Source: Balanoglossus misakiensis
Lineage: Eukaryota > Animalia > Hemichordata
DNA length: 64,000 nt
Direction: 5' to 3'
Assembly (NCBI GenBank): GCA_040954595.2
Contig: CM082584.2
Span: forward strand, 8,943,146 to 9,007,145
The notes beneath the pieces were generated by a model. That model did not search any database and was not told the origin of the DNA. It saw nothing but the letters and a program-made list of their open reading frames with translations. This document shows, one piece after another, positions 40,374 to 53,900 of the stretch (the stretch's first letter is position 1; every line of letters begins with the position of its first letter). Made by a program: the position numbers and the translations under genes.

Positions 40374-41590
40374 TTATTTTGCTCGATTCCCGCCATCAAT
40401 AGGAATGATGGAACCCGTCATTTGATCACCGGCCGACGAACACAAAAACGCAACCAATTCACCGATCTGAAGGATAAAAAAATACAAGGATACTTGAAAG
40501 ATTGAACTATTTGACGTGAATGTGATAAAAACGTATTAGAATCAGCTCTACTCGTAAGCCAAATATAAATATATATAAAATATCGATTGTGTGAACCAGA
40601 CCAGTGTACATGTCGTCGTCTGCAGCTGAGCAGAGACTAACAGGATATATTGCTTATAATATTGGCGCGAAATTGAAAGACACAGAGAGGCCATACCTGT
40701 TCGACTTCAACGAGCTGTCCCGACGGGTTGCTTGATGTCAAGATCATTTTCTGAAACAGGACGAGAGAGAGAGAGAGAGAAACGCAACATTATTTCATCA
40801 CAAACAGGTGTTGCTTGTCCACATGTACAATGTATATACTAAACACCATACCTCAAAGTCTTTACAAGGGATGCCTCTCATCTTTGAAAGTTCTTCACAC
40901 GTAGTTTTGAAGGCTGTAGAAGATAAAGTTTCCCTCTTAGCACGTGAACTTTATGAGTGTTTTTTAAGCAGTGAAGATGATTCCGTGGTGTCTTAGTGAT
41001 TAGAAAACCTCGAATGTGATAGACAGTTTTTGATGTTATCGTCCTGTCGGAATATCAGATATAGGCCAAACACTGTAAATAGTATTTCATCACTTACTGC
41101 TTGAGTTAACTGCCGAGGGACACACCGCATTACACGTTACTCCAGAACCGGCCGTTTCCAAGGCAACAGTCTGGAAAACGACATGGCAGTGATTTGCTTA
41201 AATATGTTAAAAACGGACTGAATACTAGTATATGATGTTTACTCATGCAGATGATGATATTTCTGTCCCGTCTCTGAAGGTTTTCATAAATAATGATGGT
41301 ATCGTTCTATAAATAGGGTCTGGGTTCCCTTACAGAATAATCAGACTGCCAATTTTCGCTGTTTGTACCTGAAGAGATCACGCCAAAATAAAACGTAATT
41401 CCAGTGATAACGTGAATTACAGAATGTGCTTATATGGAGAGTGGATTATTCCGAATAACGCCGTTACCTTTGTTAGTCCGTTGAGTCCGTGCTTTGAAGA
41501 CACATAATCCGCGCCTCCTGCATGACTCCCCATACCAAAGATGGAACTAATATTAACAATCCTACCCCAACCTATGTCCAGGAAAACAAT

Positions 41591-41667
<77 letters not shown>

Positions 41668-42440
41668 CATCATCAAATGCTGTCGTTCGAAGCGTATTTC
41701 AAATATTCCTCACACGCTGAATGGGACAGAAGTAAAACAAATCTTACCTTTTCGTTTCATCTCAGGTAGAACTAACTGAATAAGTTTCAGTGGAGCTGTG
41801 ACGTTTATTTGGAGTGATTTGTTCCACGTGTCCATTGAAAGAGATTCAACAGGTGTCGGCAAATGTATGTAACCCGCGTTATTAACGAGTATGTCCACTC
41901 CTCCAGGAATCGCTTGTTTGATACTCCCGTAGAGTTTCTCAATGGAGTTGGTGTCGGTTAGATTTGCAGAAAAATAGTGAACCGGGACATTATATCGTCT
42001 GGAGGACAAAATGAACAAACGTGACAGATGCCACAGAAAGGGATCAAAAACAGAGAGTGATATACGGAACACGCGACTGTGACATTAGAAAAAGAAACTG
42101 CAGATCAAAATCACGGACGGGCCGTTGCGTTCATGAGCAGACTGACACAGTTCGGTTTTGGTACCAAGCTGCCTACAGTGGGTTAAATGAGAAGGGGTCA
42201 GATGTTATCTCGAGATTCCAGAACATATTTTGATATGGCCCATGAATTCCAGCCAGTGTGTCAGTACACAGTTACTCACTCGTTCAAATCTTTCCTCGAG
42301 GCTTCCACTTTCTCCGGTTCCCGGCTTCCCGTCAGCACAACCGAACAGCCTTTACATGCCAGAACTCGCGCGATGCCAAACCCGATACCAGCCAGATCAC
42401 TCGATCCTGTTACCAGGGCGACTTTCGCTGCCATTGCCAT
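40374..42440 (-). CDS. Classical short-chain dehydrogenase/reductase, bacterial-type D-3-hydroxybutyrate dehydrogenase-like, 265 aa
   Basis: Exons (minus) 42440-42280, 41998-41748, 41571-41468, 41170-41098, 40913-40852, 40750-40697, 40466-40374; 798 nt in frame. Motifs VALVTGSSDLAGIG, DILVNNAG, GWGRIVNISS, YVSSKHG (YxxxK), VALETAGSGVTCNAVCP, FLCSSAGDQMTGSIIPIDGG. Confidence 0.9.
41591..41675. repeat. (ATC)n microsatellite in SDR intron 2
   Basis: About 28 ATC units with one interruption. Confidence 0.97.
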
Positions 42441-42881
42441 CTTGCAACTAGGGGAGGGGGGGGGCTTCACGAAATTTGGTGTAAATGCGCTAAAATGGAA
42501 ACAAAATGATTTGACGGATTCAAACGCGAAGTGGAAACGACGTTCAGATGCAGGCCTATTTTTAGTCTGGTTCCCTGCCCCAATCCCACCGCTGGTTGCG
42601 CTACGCTAAAGGGAAAGAAACCTGGGCAGACCACGTGATCATAAACCGAAGTTCACAATCACAGCATATCTTATATTTGCTAATCAGCTAATAGAGTCCT
42701 GAACTCTTGGTCGACTGCAAGAGCTTGTTCAAAAACGTCCTTCAAACAGACACGGATCACTCGCGTCTGCCGTATTTCGGCATAATGTACACTTCAACTT
42801 TTTGAAGCAAAATACCTATACATGTATACATGTATTGAGGTTTCCGGTGTTATGTATTCAATTGTGACACGTAGGGCCGGA

Positions 42882-42895
42882 CCGCTAGGTGGCAG
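42882..42895 (+). promoter_or_regulatory. CTCF-like motif between the SDR 5' end and the FRRS1-like copy A 3' end
   Basis: CCGCTAGGTGGCAG matches the CTCF core consensus. Confidence 0.4.
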
Positions 42896-43197
42896 GCTGA
42901 TATCCCACAGATCGTTCGGTAGTCTCAGGAAATTGTTTGAATAGTCTTGGTCCGAGCAGTTTGATTAAAAAAGTACCCGGCCCAGGCAGAACTTACCAAC
43001 TGGTCCCAGATTACCCAATGCTCCGCGCTGCCCTGTCCCGTTGCCAAGTAGGTCACAAAGATGACGTAGAGATGAACCACGCACACAACAGAAGTTGCCC
43101 TTGAGGTCAATCGCGTGCGTTTACTGCAAACTGTGACCCGCGATGGCAATCGTAAGGGTGTCACGTGATGTTACGCAATCACCCAATGGTACAAATG

Positions 43198-43227
43198 CAC
43201 TCACTCACTCACTCACTCACTCACTCA
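43198..43227. repeat. (CACT)n tetranucleotide repeat
   Basis: About 7 CACT units. Confidence 0.9.
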
Positions 43228-44008
43228 AGCAAACAATCAATGACAACTGTGACGTTTTGACTTTGTAAAACATATTTTATTTTATTTTTTTCCGGATCGA
43301 AATTCATTGATTATCAAAATCCAGTGTTTCGTAAATTCGATTTCTTTTTTACAAATAGGGTATGCAAAGTCAAGTCGTACAAATTAGTCGATTTTGTGTG
43401 TGTATAACCCGTCCCATCTCAAATCAGAACTCCTAAAGCGATGGAGGCAGTGTGTTTTGGGTGTGCACGTGATACATATTCACTATGTTCTATGTTGTAC
43501 ATAAGCCTATATGTTATTATCTCAATACGAAAATTTAATCACTACACTGGTTTTAGAAAAACGAAAGAAACTGTACACATTTCGCTACAAACTCTTGGAA
43601 TTAACAGCAGTACATAGGAGGGGACTTGTGAGGGCGTTTTGTCCGAATCTGCCAAAGACCACGTCACGCTTGCTTCGATCATGGTCGCTCCTTGCTTGGA
43701 TGTTTTTTGACTGAAAAAATATATCGATCAAGTAATGCCCAGGAACGATGTTGTGCGTGAATCTCACAGCGCCCTCAAATGATAACAAAAACCACGAGCA
43801 AGAGAAATGCAGCAAACTCAAACCTCGATTTCGTGATCAAAATTCAACTAAACTAAACAACTATTTCGATGCATAAAAGCTTAACTGATTTCTTTCTTCC
43901 CGTGACGTTAATTAAAATAGAAAGATAAGCACGCGAAATCAGGCCTGAGCTTCAAGTGGTCGTTTTTAACCTTAACACGTGATGTGCTGGTAACTGTGGC
44001 AACTGCCC

Positions 44009-47000
44009 TCACATCAGAGCAATAGTGACGATCATTGTGGTGACAATTCCAAGTACACCAATGACATGTAGGATGATGAGAGTGGTGGCCAAACACGAAC
44101 CCTGTTGAAAGAAAATATTTGAAGGTTTGAGTCCTAGCAACAGTTCAATGAAATATACAAAAGCCGTACTGACGCGTTGAGGACTCATATACTAAGGAAA
44201 GTGCACGAAACAGAAAAACTGAAAACAACATTTTGTAAGTCCACAGGGAAGACGATTCCATTTACTTACGGGGGGACTAGATTTCTCGTCACCGTGCACC
44301 TGCCGCAGGTCGCCATTTTTACCAATTTCGTACTGCTCTCCGCGTCTGCGTTCAACTGAAAACAAAGAAAACAGCAACACCGGTTTTGTTAAAAACGTGT
44401 ATAATGTTGCTTGAAAACAGAGTCACGTTTAATTGTAATTCAGTGCAGTGTACATACGTTTAGCTACAGTAATTGTGGAGTTTTGTCAGGTTTAAGTCAA
44501 TATGGTGGATGATTCATACCGGAAGTACGAGGATGTAAGGTCATGTCGGGGTCATGTAAATGAACACTCCTCTATTCTGTCGGTTCCATGTCTTCCATTT
44601 TGTTTTACTCACCTCCATTCTGGGCAAATCCTATCACCAGCTTCAACAGAATATCCATGACAACGTGGAATAACACGAAAGCAATCATAACCCAGAATGC
44701 GTATTCCGGAAGATCCAACATTTCCAAGTCAATACCGATGATCACACAGGCAACTGGGAGGCAAAAAATAATAAGATTTGATTAAAAGATAGGATTGGTG
44801 GAATCATTTGGCGGGAACTTTTTACTGACATGACTTCCTTGAAAACCCTTGATTCTATACGTTTTAGAGCTGCCAATCCATGTACTACTGTTAAAGCTCG
44901 TCGTTAAAAATACTTACTTGCCAAAATATGTGCTGCAGTTCCAACTCCCCAGTGAGCCCAGTTGAAAAATGGACGTCTGTGGACGGAAACACGAAAGTTG
45001 TGTTGTGTAAATGCATTAAAAGAAACAATAGTATATTGACAAAGTGAACGATATGTTACCAGTCCACTAATAGAAACGCGCCCTTGAAAGAAGGTGGCTT
45101 TTTTTACATAGTGTACCAAGCCTTTCAGCGTCTTGTGATTTTTTTGCGTTGAAGTATTGTCAGCAAGAGTACTATTTTCTCAAACGTCACGTCTTTTTGT
45201 GTTTACGGTCCGCAGTACATATTCACACCACGGGCCATGTGCTCACCTCTTGGTTCCCGGATGTGGTCTGAGCATAGCCATGAGAGGGTTGACCACCCCG
45301 AGTGCAGTCGCTGCTATACCACAAGCAGCGTGTATGAAGATTGTCTGTGATAGAAAGTAAAGAAATGACCATTGTAGAAATACACGAAACGGAAGAGTCA
45401 CAAACATTTTCTCGCCCAATGGCTGAAACTGACCAATCATAGTAGAGCTCTTTCACGAGATGCACTTAAAATATTGATCTTTCTGTCTCATATTGTTTAT
45501 TGACATTTCAAACAAACAAAAACAAACAAACAAGAAAACTTTACCTGGTCCATGAACATATACGGGACAAAACCGCCGACGTGGACGAAGACGACAACAA
45601 AACCCCCCACGAAGCAGAGGAAGTTGATCATCATCAAGGAGCGATGTAACTGTGGAATAAAAAAAAATCCGCCATTAATATCGGACACTACAATATCTTT
45701 GATGCGAAATTCAATGTCATAAATTTGTGTTCACAAAATTAATACTTACAGCGAACCACACTTTTTCTCCGCAGAGCGATGCGTTAGGCCAGATGATCTT
45801 GAAGTATTTGGCAAGCAAGATGGCGATGCTCGCACAGCCAATCCAACCGAACACCATCAGACTCCCTTGATAAACAGATGGAGAAGACATAGTCAAATTA
45901 CAGTCATTGGTCTCACGCAACCACATTTGGAGGCTAGTGATTTTTAGAGGAAGAACAGAGGCTTATAGGTATGTACATGCATTGCGCGTTTAGTCTTCCG
46001 CCCTCATGCAACTTGAAGACAGAATCAGTCGAACTGATTCACAACCACGTCAGATTGTCCTTCGGCTTGTATGTAGTGATGGTCAAACATTGATTTCCTT
46101 TTTATTCTCACTCTTTTACTGAATGTTATCAAATCGAGAAAACGCGTTTCTTACCGTGCGCTTTCAGTAGAATGGGTCTTGGGGCAACCCCAGATACGAC
46201 AGTGAGAGAGTTGAAGTCTATTTTGTTCTCCGAGATGATTGGGACGGTATAGTGCTTTCCCTTAAACGTCATACCTGCAAAGAATGGACATGAATATTCG
46301 TATAGAGACTTCAAATGGTACATGTAAAGCGTCAATAAGTAAAATATATACCATAATATTTCGCATATGGCAAATTTTGGCATCACATTTGTAATACAAG
46401 AATGTACTAGTATTAATTTTATTCGTGTGCGTTGCCGTAAGTATTAGTTGATTTACCATTCATGACATAAGGACCGCCTCGGGCGATGAATATGTGATAG
46501 TCTTCATCCAGGTTGAAGTTTTCGGGGTCACTACCTTCCGTCTGAATAATGACTGCCTTTGGGCGAGTGAAGCGGCACTGGATCGCTGAGTCGGCCATGA
46601 CTCCTTCGAAATTGGTAACTGTTCCCTTGGGGGATAAACATATAAATTGATTTAAGAACACAAAGGGGCTATTAATAAACTATTCAATTGCATTATGTCA
46701 CATTACGTGATTAACATGATGAAAAATAACGCAAAAAAGACGAAAGGTATGACAACAGCGAAAACGGGGCTGTGAATAACATTATAGTGCATGACAAGAT
46801 TTGTATGTCTGGAGGAGGCGACAATCGATGAGAACGGGTATACTTACATCCGCCAACTGCAGAGGCATATTGTGTTTACCGTGGTTGACTGAATGGTCGA
46901 CAGCAACTTGATCGGCAGAATAAACACATGACCACACATCATCGCCGCCCTGTGGGTAAAGGGAAAAAAATAGTGTTATTAACACCAAATTCACTTTCAA

Positions 47001-47810
47001 ATGACAACATATTTGCTGCAGTCGAACCTGCATATAGTGGCCAGTCAAGGAATTTTCCTAAACTGGTCTTTATAGACAGGTGGCCGATGATCGAAAATGA
47101 CAGTACCGTTTACGTACCATGTACTCATCGTGAGAGAAACCGACCCCAACGTAAATCTGACCGGGTTTGATCTTTCCCAGGATTTCTATGGTCATCAGCA
47201 AATCGGACCCAGCTACTGGTGCCCACGTCACCATGACGTCACAGTCGTCTACGTCCGTGCAGTCTGCTGGAGACTTGTAGCATCCTTTCGTTGAACTACA
47301 TCCTGCCGACGTGACCAACTTTTGGGACTGCAAAAAACAAAAATGTAAGTTTTTACCTACAATTGTTAAGCAAAAGTGCGCTTCCATACAGTCTAGTAGA
47401 TAGTATCTATTGCCCAACAAATATCACGTGTCTCTTCAATCATGGCCCCTCTATTAGGTCAACGGAATGTGTATGTTGGGGGACACCCCCCAATGGACCG
47501 TAAAGCGAGGTCGCGTTGTTGACAAAAATCAAATGGGAATTTGTCTGAGCTTGTCAGGTTTTTGTTTTTCCTCGTCCACGACAAAACAAACTACATTGTA
47601 CATATATGTGTGTGTGCGCGATCGAGAGGACCAGACAACCGATGTGGTCGTCTGATGTAAAAGTGGGTAGCATGCCTTTTGGACCATTAAAGGCGTGTTA
47701 TTGCTTATGCTCTGCGAGTATTATTGAGGCTTGGATTGCCAGCTTACCTGCGCGTCCACCAACCCCTGCGTCAGTAGCAACAATATAAAACTCAGACAGG
47801 CTTCTTTCAT
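44009..47810 (-). CDS. FRRS1: Ferric-chelate reductase 1-like protein (signal peptide, DOMON, cytochrome b561), copy A, 453 aa
   Basis: Exons (minus) 47810-47748, 47327-47118, 46949-46848, 46625-46457, 46274-46155, 45865-45750, 45649-45545, 45344-45247, 44976-44918, 44753-44613, 44355-44270, 44101-44009; 1362 nt in frame. DOMON: GCSSTKGC, VGFSHDEYMGGDDVWSC, IQCRFTR, GKH. Four b561 histidines: KAHG, LHRSLM, IHAACG, FNWAHW; also LRPHPG. Confidence 0.92.
47019..47086. mobile_element. Possible pogo/Tigger-type MITE fragment in FRRS1-like copy A intron 2
   Basis: Starts CAGTCGAACCTG and has an internal inverted pair acctgcatata / tatagacaggt. No clear target-site duplication. Confidence 0.3.
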
Positions 47811-50800
47811 GGTTATCTTTTCTGTGGATAACAAGCAACAAGAAATAACATTAATGTGGATGTCGAAATATTTCGACTGTATCGTAACCAGTTTTAGTCT
47901 GGAAGCTATCATAAACATGTGTATGTGGGGCCTCAGGCGACTACTATAATTGATGCGTTAGTGACAACATTGTCGTCATTTTCGGTTGTGATAATCAACC
48001 TGTGTCTGTAGTTATAGCATTTTCTAGGGACTTCGCATCGATTTCGGAATTATTTCTTGTCGAAATCTACTTTTATGCACACAAAAAACAGCGCATCCCA
48101 TCCTTACTACGGTTCCCGGTGTAAGGGCTTGTTTGTAAACCCGACGAATCCGGTGTTAGAAACACGCTTTATGATTGCGCCACCTGTTGATCACTCGTGT
48201 TATGTTGTGGAAAGACTATTTTGCCGTAAGCGTTGGATTCATCGCGATGGCACGCTATATAAATAGTTCGATCCGTCCGCGCCAGACTTGAGCTGGTGTA
48301 CCAGTAGAAGTAGTTCTACCATTTTGATTCTATTAAAAAACATCTACAATTCGACCCAGACGTTGCAGAATAGTGCGATCCTTTTCTACAGCAAACAGTA
48401 GTAAATATTGTGGTTTGCTCTCGCGAAAGCCATCTAGGTGTAAGTATGATGATGTACTGTAGCTATCGCGGGTGTGACTGTCGCAAATGTGGATGTGGTA
48501 ACGATCATGATCAGTGCATTTTGTGATGTGAGACACGCGGGTAGCTTCGACGATATTCGAAAACACGACTGAAATAAACGGAAACTTACGTTTTGGTGCA
48601 ATAATATATCCCTTGACGATGTAGAACGCGACTTAACTCGAAACCAGTTTTCTGTTGACTGTCTTTGCAAGAGCATCAAACGCGTTACCCATTAGCGTCT
48701 GGATTTTTTTAGAGCTGCGCTCGATTCACACTTACACAGTAGCAGAGACCGGTGGCAGTGAATAACAATGGCGCTGGTAACAGACTGTACAAATCCAATG
48801 AATTCTACCAGTGGGGTCTGTTGCATAACAAACTATGCATAATTTATACGAGGCAAGAGTGAAAGGCCAAAGGACAACGCCCTAGTTTTGAACTCAATGC
48901 ATGGCGCGATGTGTCAGTCACATGGTTGGGAGACAGAACATCGACAGGGACATCTTTCACACATTGGAAGATAGAAATGCGCGCGTTAACACTTTTTTAC
49001 TGATGATCGTCAGCTTTATACAAAAATAATGAAATCGAAGGAACGAATCGAGCAATCTCGTTTCATGCACCTGGTTTTAGGGTTTGTTTATGCGGGGGTT
49101 CAATGTGAAAACATGGCCTTCATGCCATTAAAGTACAATAACCGACCTACAGATAAACCAACGAAGCGCGGCCGAGGTATAGAAAAATCGACAGAACAGG
49201 TCAAACCACGTTTTATGAGATCGAACGCATGGATGGTTATTGTTGAAATAGAGTGTGGCCGTTTCAAGTGAGTTACTTTCGGACACATTCCCTCTATCAC
49301 GTGGATCGTGATTTTAAAACTCAACACTTCAGAAGAAATTCGTTAACATGAAAATTGTGTTTAAATACTGTGCTTTTCCGTGAAGTATTACTAGAAAGAC
49401 GTTTTGTATGCTACAAAAACAAACACAACCAAAACACATTTCTGTCGTTCACTGTTGTGTGTACGGACGTAAGATCTTGTCCGCCTTTGTGGGTGTAGAC
49501 CCCTAACATCTTGGCGATCGTTATCTGGCACAATTTCAAATTATCTAAAAACCGACATTTTTTACTTGACTTACCTCAGAGAGCAAAATCAATCTGGCGT
49601 AGCCGAGAAATAAGACAGAACGCAAGCTAGGATAGATAATAACTTCCAAGAGGCGTGTCTCTCTTTTCAGTGTTGGGCGCTGGTGTTTGGTCTGATCGTC
49701 AGGCAGCGAATAAACGCAACTGGACAGATAATGTAACGCTCTATTCAAGTGCACGACTTTGCTCGTCAACACAGCGTCTTTTCATAACGGGACAAAGGAT
49801 AGAACAGAATAGGCTGATTGTCTTCCGCCGCTAATTCAATCTGATCACCCATTCTCACGCTGCCGAACCATTAATTAACATAAGTTGAGAATTGGTGCAC
49901 ATATTTTTCATATGCAAAGCGACGCGACAGTATTATAACTCGAATCTGAACGCGGGTTACATAGAATACATTATAAAAACTTTCTCTGAGCTATCACATC
50001 GAAACCAATGTTTAAATATTGAAGAAGATATTCAACTTGGTGGCTTGTTATTGCCCCAGTCGGCTTCGAGTCTGGAAGGCCAGCTCTCGATATTTTTTTT
50101 CACGTGTACCGATCACACAAACCGTGATAATTTGAAGTGGAGGTTATTTACTAGTATTTATTAGCCCAAACTTCGAAGTCGTCAGATATTTGCGCGCAAA
50201 CAAGTGAATACAAGTACATGTACGTTGATCCAACAGACGGAACAAATCGCCCTTTTGTATGCTGTATCGATCAGATTGCTCACAAAACTGTAAAGTGTAG
50301 ACAATCTACGGTTCAATGATTAGCAGTACGCCTTGAAAACATGACCACCATCAAATATAACTGTCTAGAATTATTAGTCCTTTCATTTATGCGGTTGGTA
50401 TAGACAAAAAACAGGGAGCAGCACTATTTTCCTCATTCGTGTACATGTATTTTGCCGCCATTTTCAAACGCATGTGGCAGAATTCCCGCGTAAACGACAT
50501 GTACCAGCCATTTACAAAGACACAGGCAGGTTATAATGTTAACACTTTATTATTATTCAGCGAGAGTCGAACGTTTTGCGCTGATTTCATTATCATTCTT
50601 ACACCTTGAAAATTGAATTTTAAGGATACATGTGCGGCGCTCGAGACCGAAGACATTATTTTAGGTTCCAGACGGTCTTCAGGGAGTATTTAAAAATATG
50701 TTAGTATAATATTGTCGTGGAAGTGCAAAACAACAACTGGACGTAAGTGCAGGGAAATCACTTTGTAATACATTGGAAATTAATTCTTGAATTGATAAAT

Positions 50801-50914
50801 CAATTAAAATTAGCCGACATAGTCGTTTTCTTGTTGAGCTGTCATCTCCAGACTGGATTTGACCACATGACTTCCAATGGCTGTCGTCCATCGATGGTAG
50901 TTATGGTAACCGAC

Positions 50915-53900
50915 TTACATCAATGCTATGAGAACTATCAGAAGTGTCGTTACTCCGATGACGCCAAAAACGTGGGTTCCCAACAGAAACATGGCCACAC
51001 CCGAGCCCTGTGGACAAAGTTAGGAGAGAGTGAAATAATCCGAAGTTGCCTCAGCGGTAAACGGTGTAGACTATAATAAGTTATCCTTTTCTTTGTGAAA
51101 TTTCGAAATTTTCAGCCATCTGCTCAACTTCTTCAATACATGTACTGTATTATCTTACCGGTGGTGTAGGTTTATCCTCACTGACAAGATGGCGGACCGA
51201 GTCACGTTTGTTTTCTTGCATTTCGTACTGTTCTACCTGTTTCCGTGCAACTGCGGAACAGAAAAAAAAATTACCACAAAATCCAAATCATAAGAGTGAG
51301 GGTTATCTGATCGTGTCTGTGTGTCTGTCTCCTTGTTTGTCTACGATTCTGCCTCTATCTCCCTCCCCTCCCCTCCTCCCTGTCTCTCTCACCTCCATTT
51401 TCTGCGAGTCCTATGACAAGTCTCAACAGAATATCAATGACAACATGGAACAGCACAAATCCAACCATCGCCCAGAATGCATAGTCAGGCAGATCCAGCA
51501 TTTCCAAGTCGATTCCGATAAATACACAAGCAACTGAAAGGGAATAACAAAGGAAAGCATTTTAATAAATTTTATAATTAAATCCTTACAAAACGACCGA
51601 ATCAGCTGTGGTGACGAACGGTGCTGGAATGTGGTTGTCTGGTCAAATTGGTATCCAGATACACCACGTGGCCTCCCTCTCAGAGCGCCCTCTACAGGCG
51701 TGTAAGGATCGACGGTTTGAGCCAGGCGCGGCCATGTTGGCCAATCGTAGAGTACTCCCGCTTATGATATTGCTATTTGGACCAATTTATTTAATATGAC
51801 TGTAGAGATAGGCCCCATATTGACCATAGTCTAGCACACAGCAGCAAAATATAGCAAAATAACGCGGCTTGCAACCCGAAAAGATATAGGCAATTTTCTG
51901 GTTGTCCAGGTTATAGTACAGCGTTACAAAGTTACTCATACTTACTGGCCAAAATATGTGCTGATGTTCCTACACCCCAGTGGGCCCAGTTGAAATATGG
52001 ACGTCTGTAATTAACGGACGACAAAGATTGTAAATTTGCTGGGATAAATACATGCTTCGTTCTAAGTTTTCACAGGATGTTGATGATAATGAGTTCACAA
52101 ACGAACGGAACACACTGTTTCGAGGAAGTTCTTTTTCTAATTAAAATATTTAAAATCGTTAGTTGATCTCTGAAGCAACTTGGCTCACCTCTTGGTTCCC
52201 GGATGAGGTCTAAGCAGTGCCATAATCGGATTGATCAGTCCAAGAGAAGTGGCTGATATACCACAGGCAGCGTGAATGAAAATAGTCTACAGGTGGCCAA
52301 AAGACACAAAAATATGTAAAAGAGAACAAAATGATCATTTATCACTGTTTGCTTGCTTAGATTACTCTTTCACACGCGGGTCGTACTTCTCAACATTACA
52401 GATCATTTAATTATTTTCTCTACATACAATTTTGTCGACAAAATGGCAACAAATGTAGGCCTATACATACATACAAATAAATGGAATCGTGGTTTGTAAA
52501 AAAAAAATATACAGCGTGTGTGTTTTGTAGGTTGCATTTTATAATGTCATTTAGAAGGTGAAGTGTTAATTACCTGGGTCATTTCGCGATATTGGACAAA
52601 TCCTCCAACGTAAACGAAGACACACACGAATCCGGCCACGAAACAAAGGACATTTGTTACCATTAAGAAGCGGTGCATCTACAAACAAAAAAACAGTATT
52701 TACTTGTGTGACGCTCTGTTTGTTTGATGCGGTAACCACCATGTTTGTTTTTACTCAAGTAGAGAGTCGATATTGTTGCTTTCATCGGTTTTTATTTACT
52801 CTGGTTCCCTGTCATAATGGCTGCGCTGTGTTACGCGGCGGCCATTTTGTTTGGGGCAAAATGGCCGTCGCATCAAATTTTAACAAAATGGCCGTCGCAT
52901 CAAATTTTAACAAAATGGCCGCCGCATCAAATTTTAACAAAATGGCCGTCGCATCACAGCGATCATCAAAGTACATTGTATATTTCTTGCCAGAAAATGA
53001 GATATTTTCAGTGAGTATGTGTAGCAATTAAACTTACGGCAAACCAGACTTTCTCCCCGCAGAGTTTTGAGTTAGGCCAGATAATCTTGAAATGCTTGGC
53101 CAGCATAATGGCGATACTGGCACAACCAATCCAACCGAACACCATCAGACTGGCTGCATGCATGCAAAGAAAAACATCAAATACTTTTAACATCAAATAC
53201 TTTTATAAGAAAATTATATTGTTTCAATGTCGGCCTTAACTAAAATACCTTGCAATCAGCAAAATGGCTTTGAAGGTGTATACTTGTAAACGCTTACCGT
53301 GACATTTCAGCAAAATTGGTCGCGGAGCAACACCGGTCACGACGTCCACGGATTGGAAATCCACCTTGTTGGCTGTGATGATGGGTAGTTCTTGATGTTT
53401 GCCGGCGTTAATCACGCCTGTAAATTGTATCAACGTCAAAATGACTTGTCAATTACTAAATTGTCCAAAATACAAATGTATACGCAACTTGTTCGAGAAA
53501 TTAGGGACTGGTCAGTTTCTTCGGCCTGGGGGCGATGGATTCATGGGGGAGGTCAATTTTGGAATTTGGCGATAAGGGGTGGGGAGTCACCAACTTTCAA
53601 GTTCAATACTCACCAACATTATCAATGAAGATAGGAGTTCTGGCAACCAAAAGGATGTATTTTTCGTTAAGGTCAAAGGTCGGCGATTCTGCAACTCCCG
53701 CTTCTTGCGCGAGTGTCTTGGGTCGAGTGAAGCGACACTGAATGACTGAGTTTTCAATAACGCCCTCCAAGTTGGTCACGCTTCCCTGCAAGCCAAAATA
53801 CACGCGCCAAACTATTATAGGGTACTTTTTGTTAACAAAATTGTCGTCATCTCAAATATATTACGCTTTTTTTCGATTTGTGTGCTGATTGGCAGTTGTT

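Noticed and set aside
41522-41779. Poly-Ile ORF
   Set aside because: (ATC)n repeat read antisense to the SDR gene.
43530-43565. Possible iron-responsive element (CAGUGU) in the FRRS1-like copy A 3' region
   Set aside because: The flanking bases do not form the required 5-bp upper stem.
52654-53031. ORFs with 9-aa repeats (MAVASNFNK / DATAILLKF); superficially CRISPR-like periodicity
   Set aside because: 27-bp head-to-tail minisatellite inside an intron, with no spacers and no cas genes.
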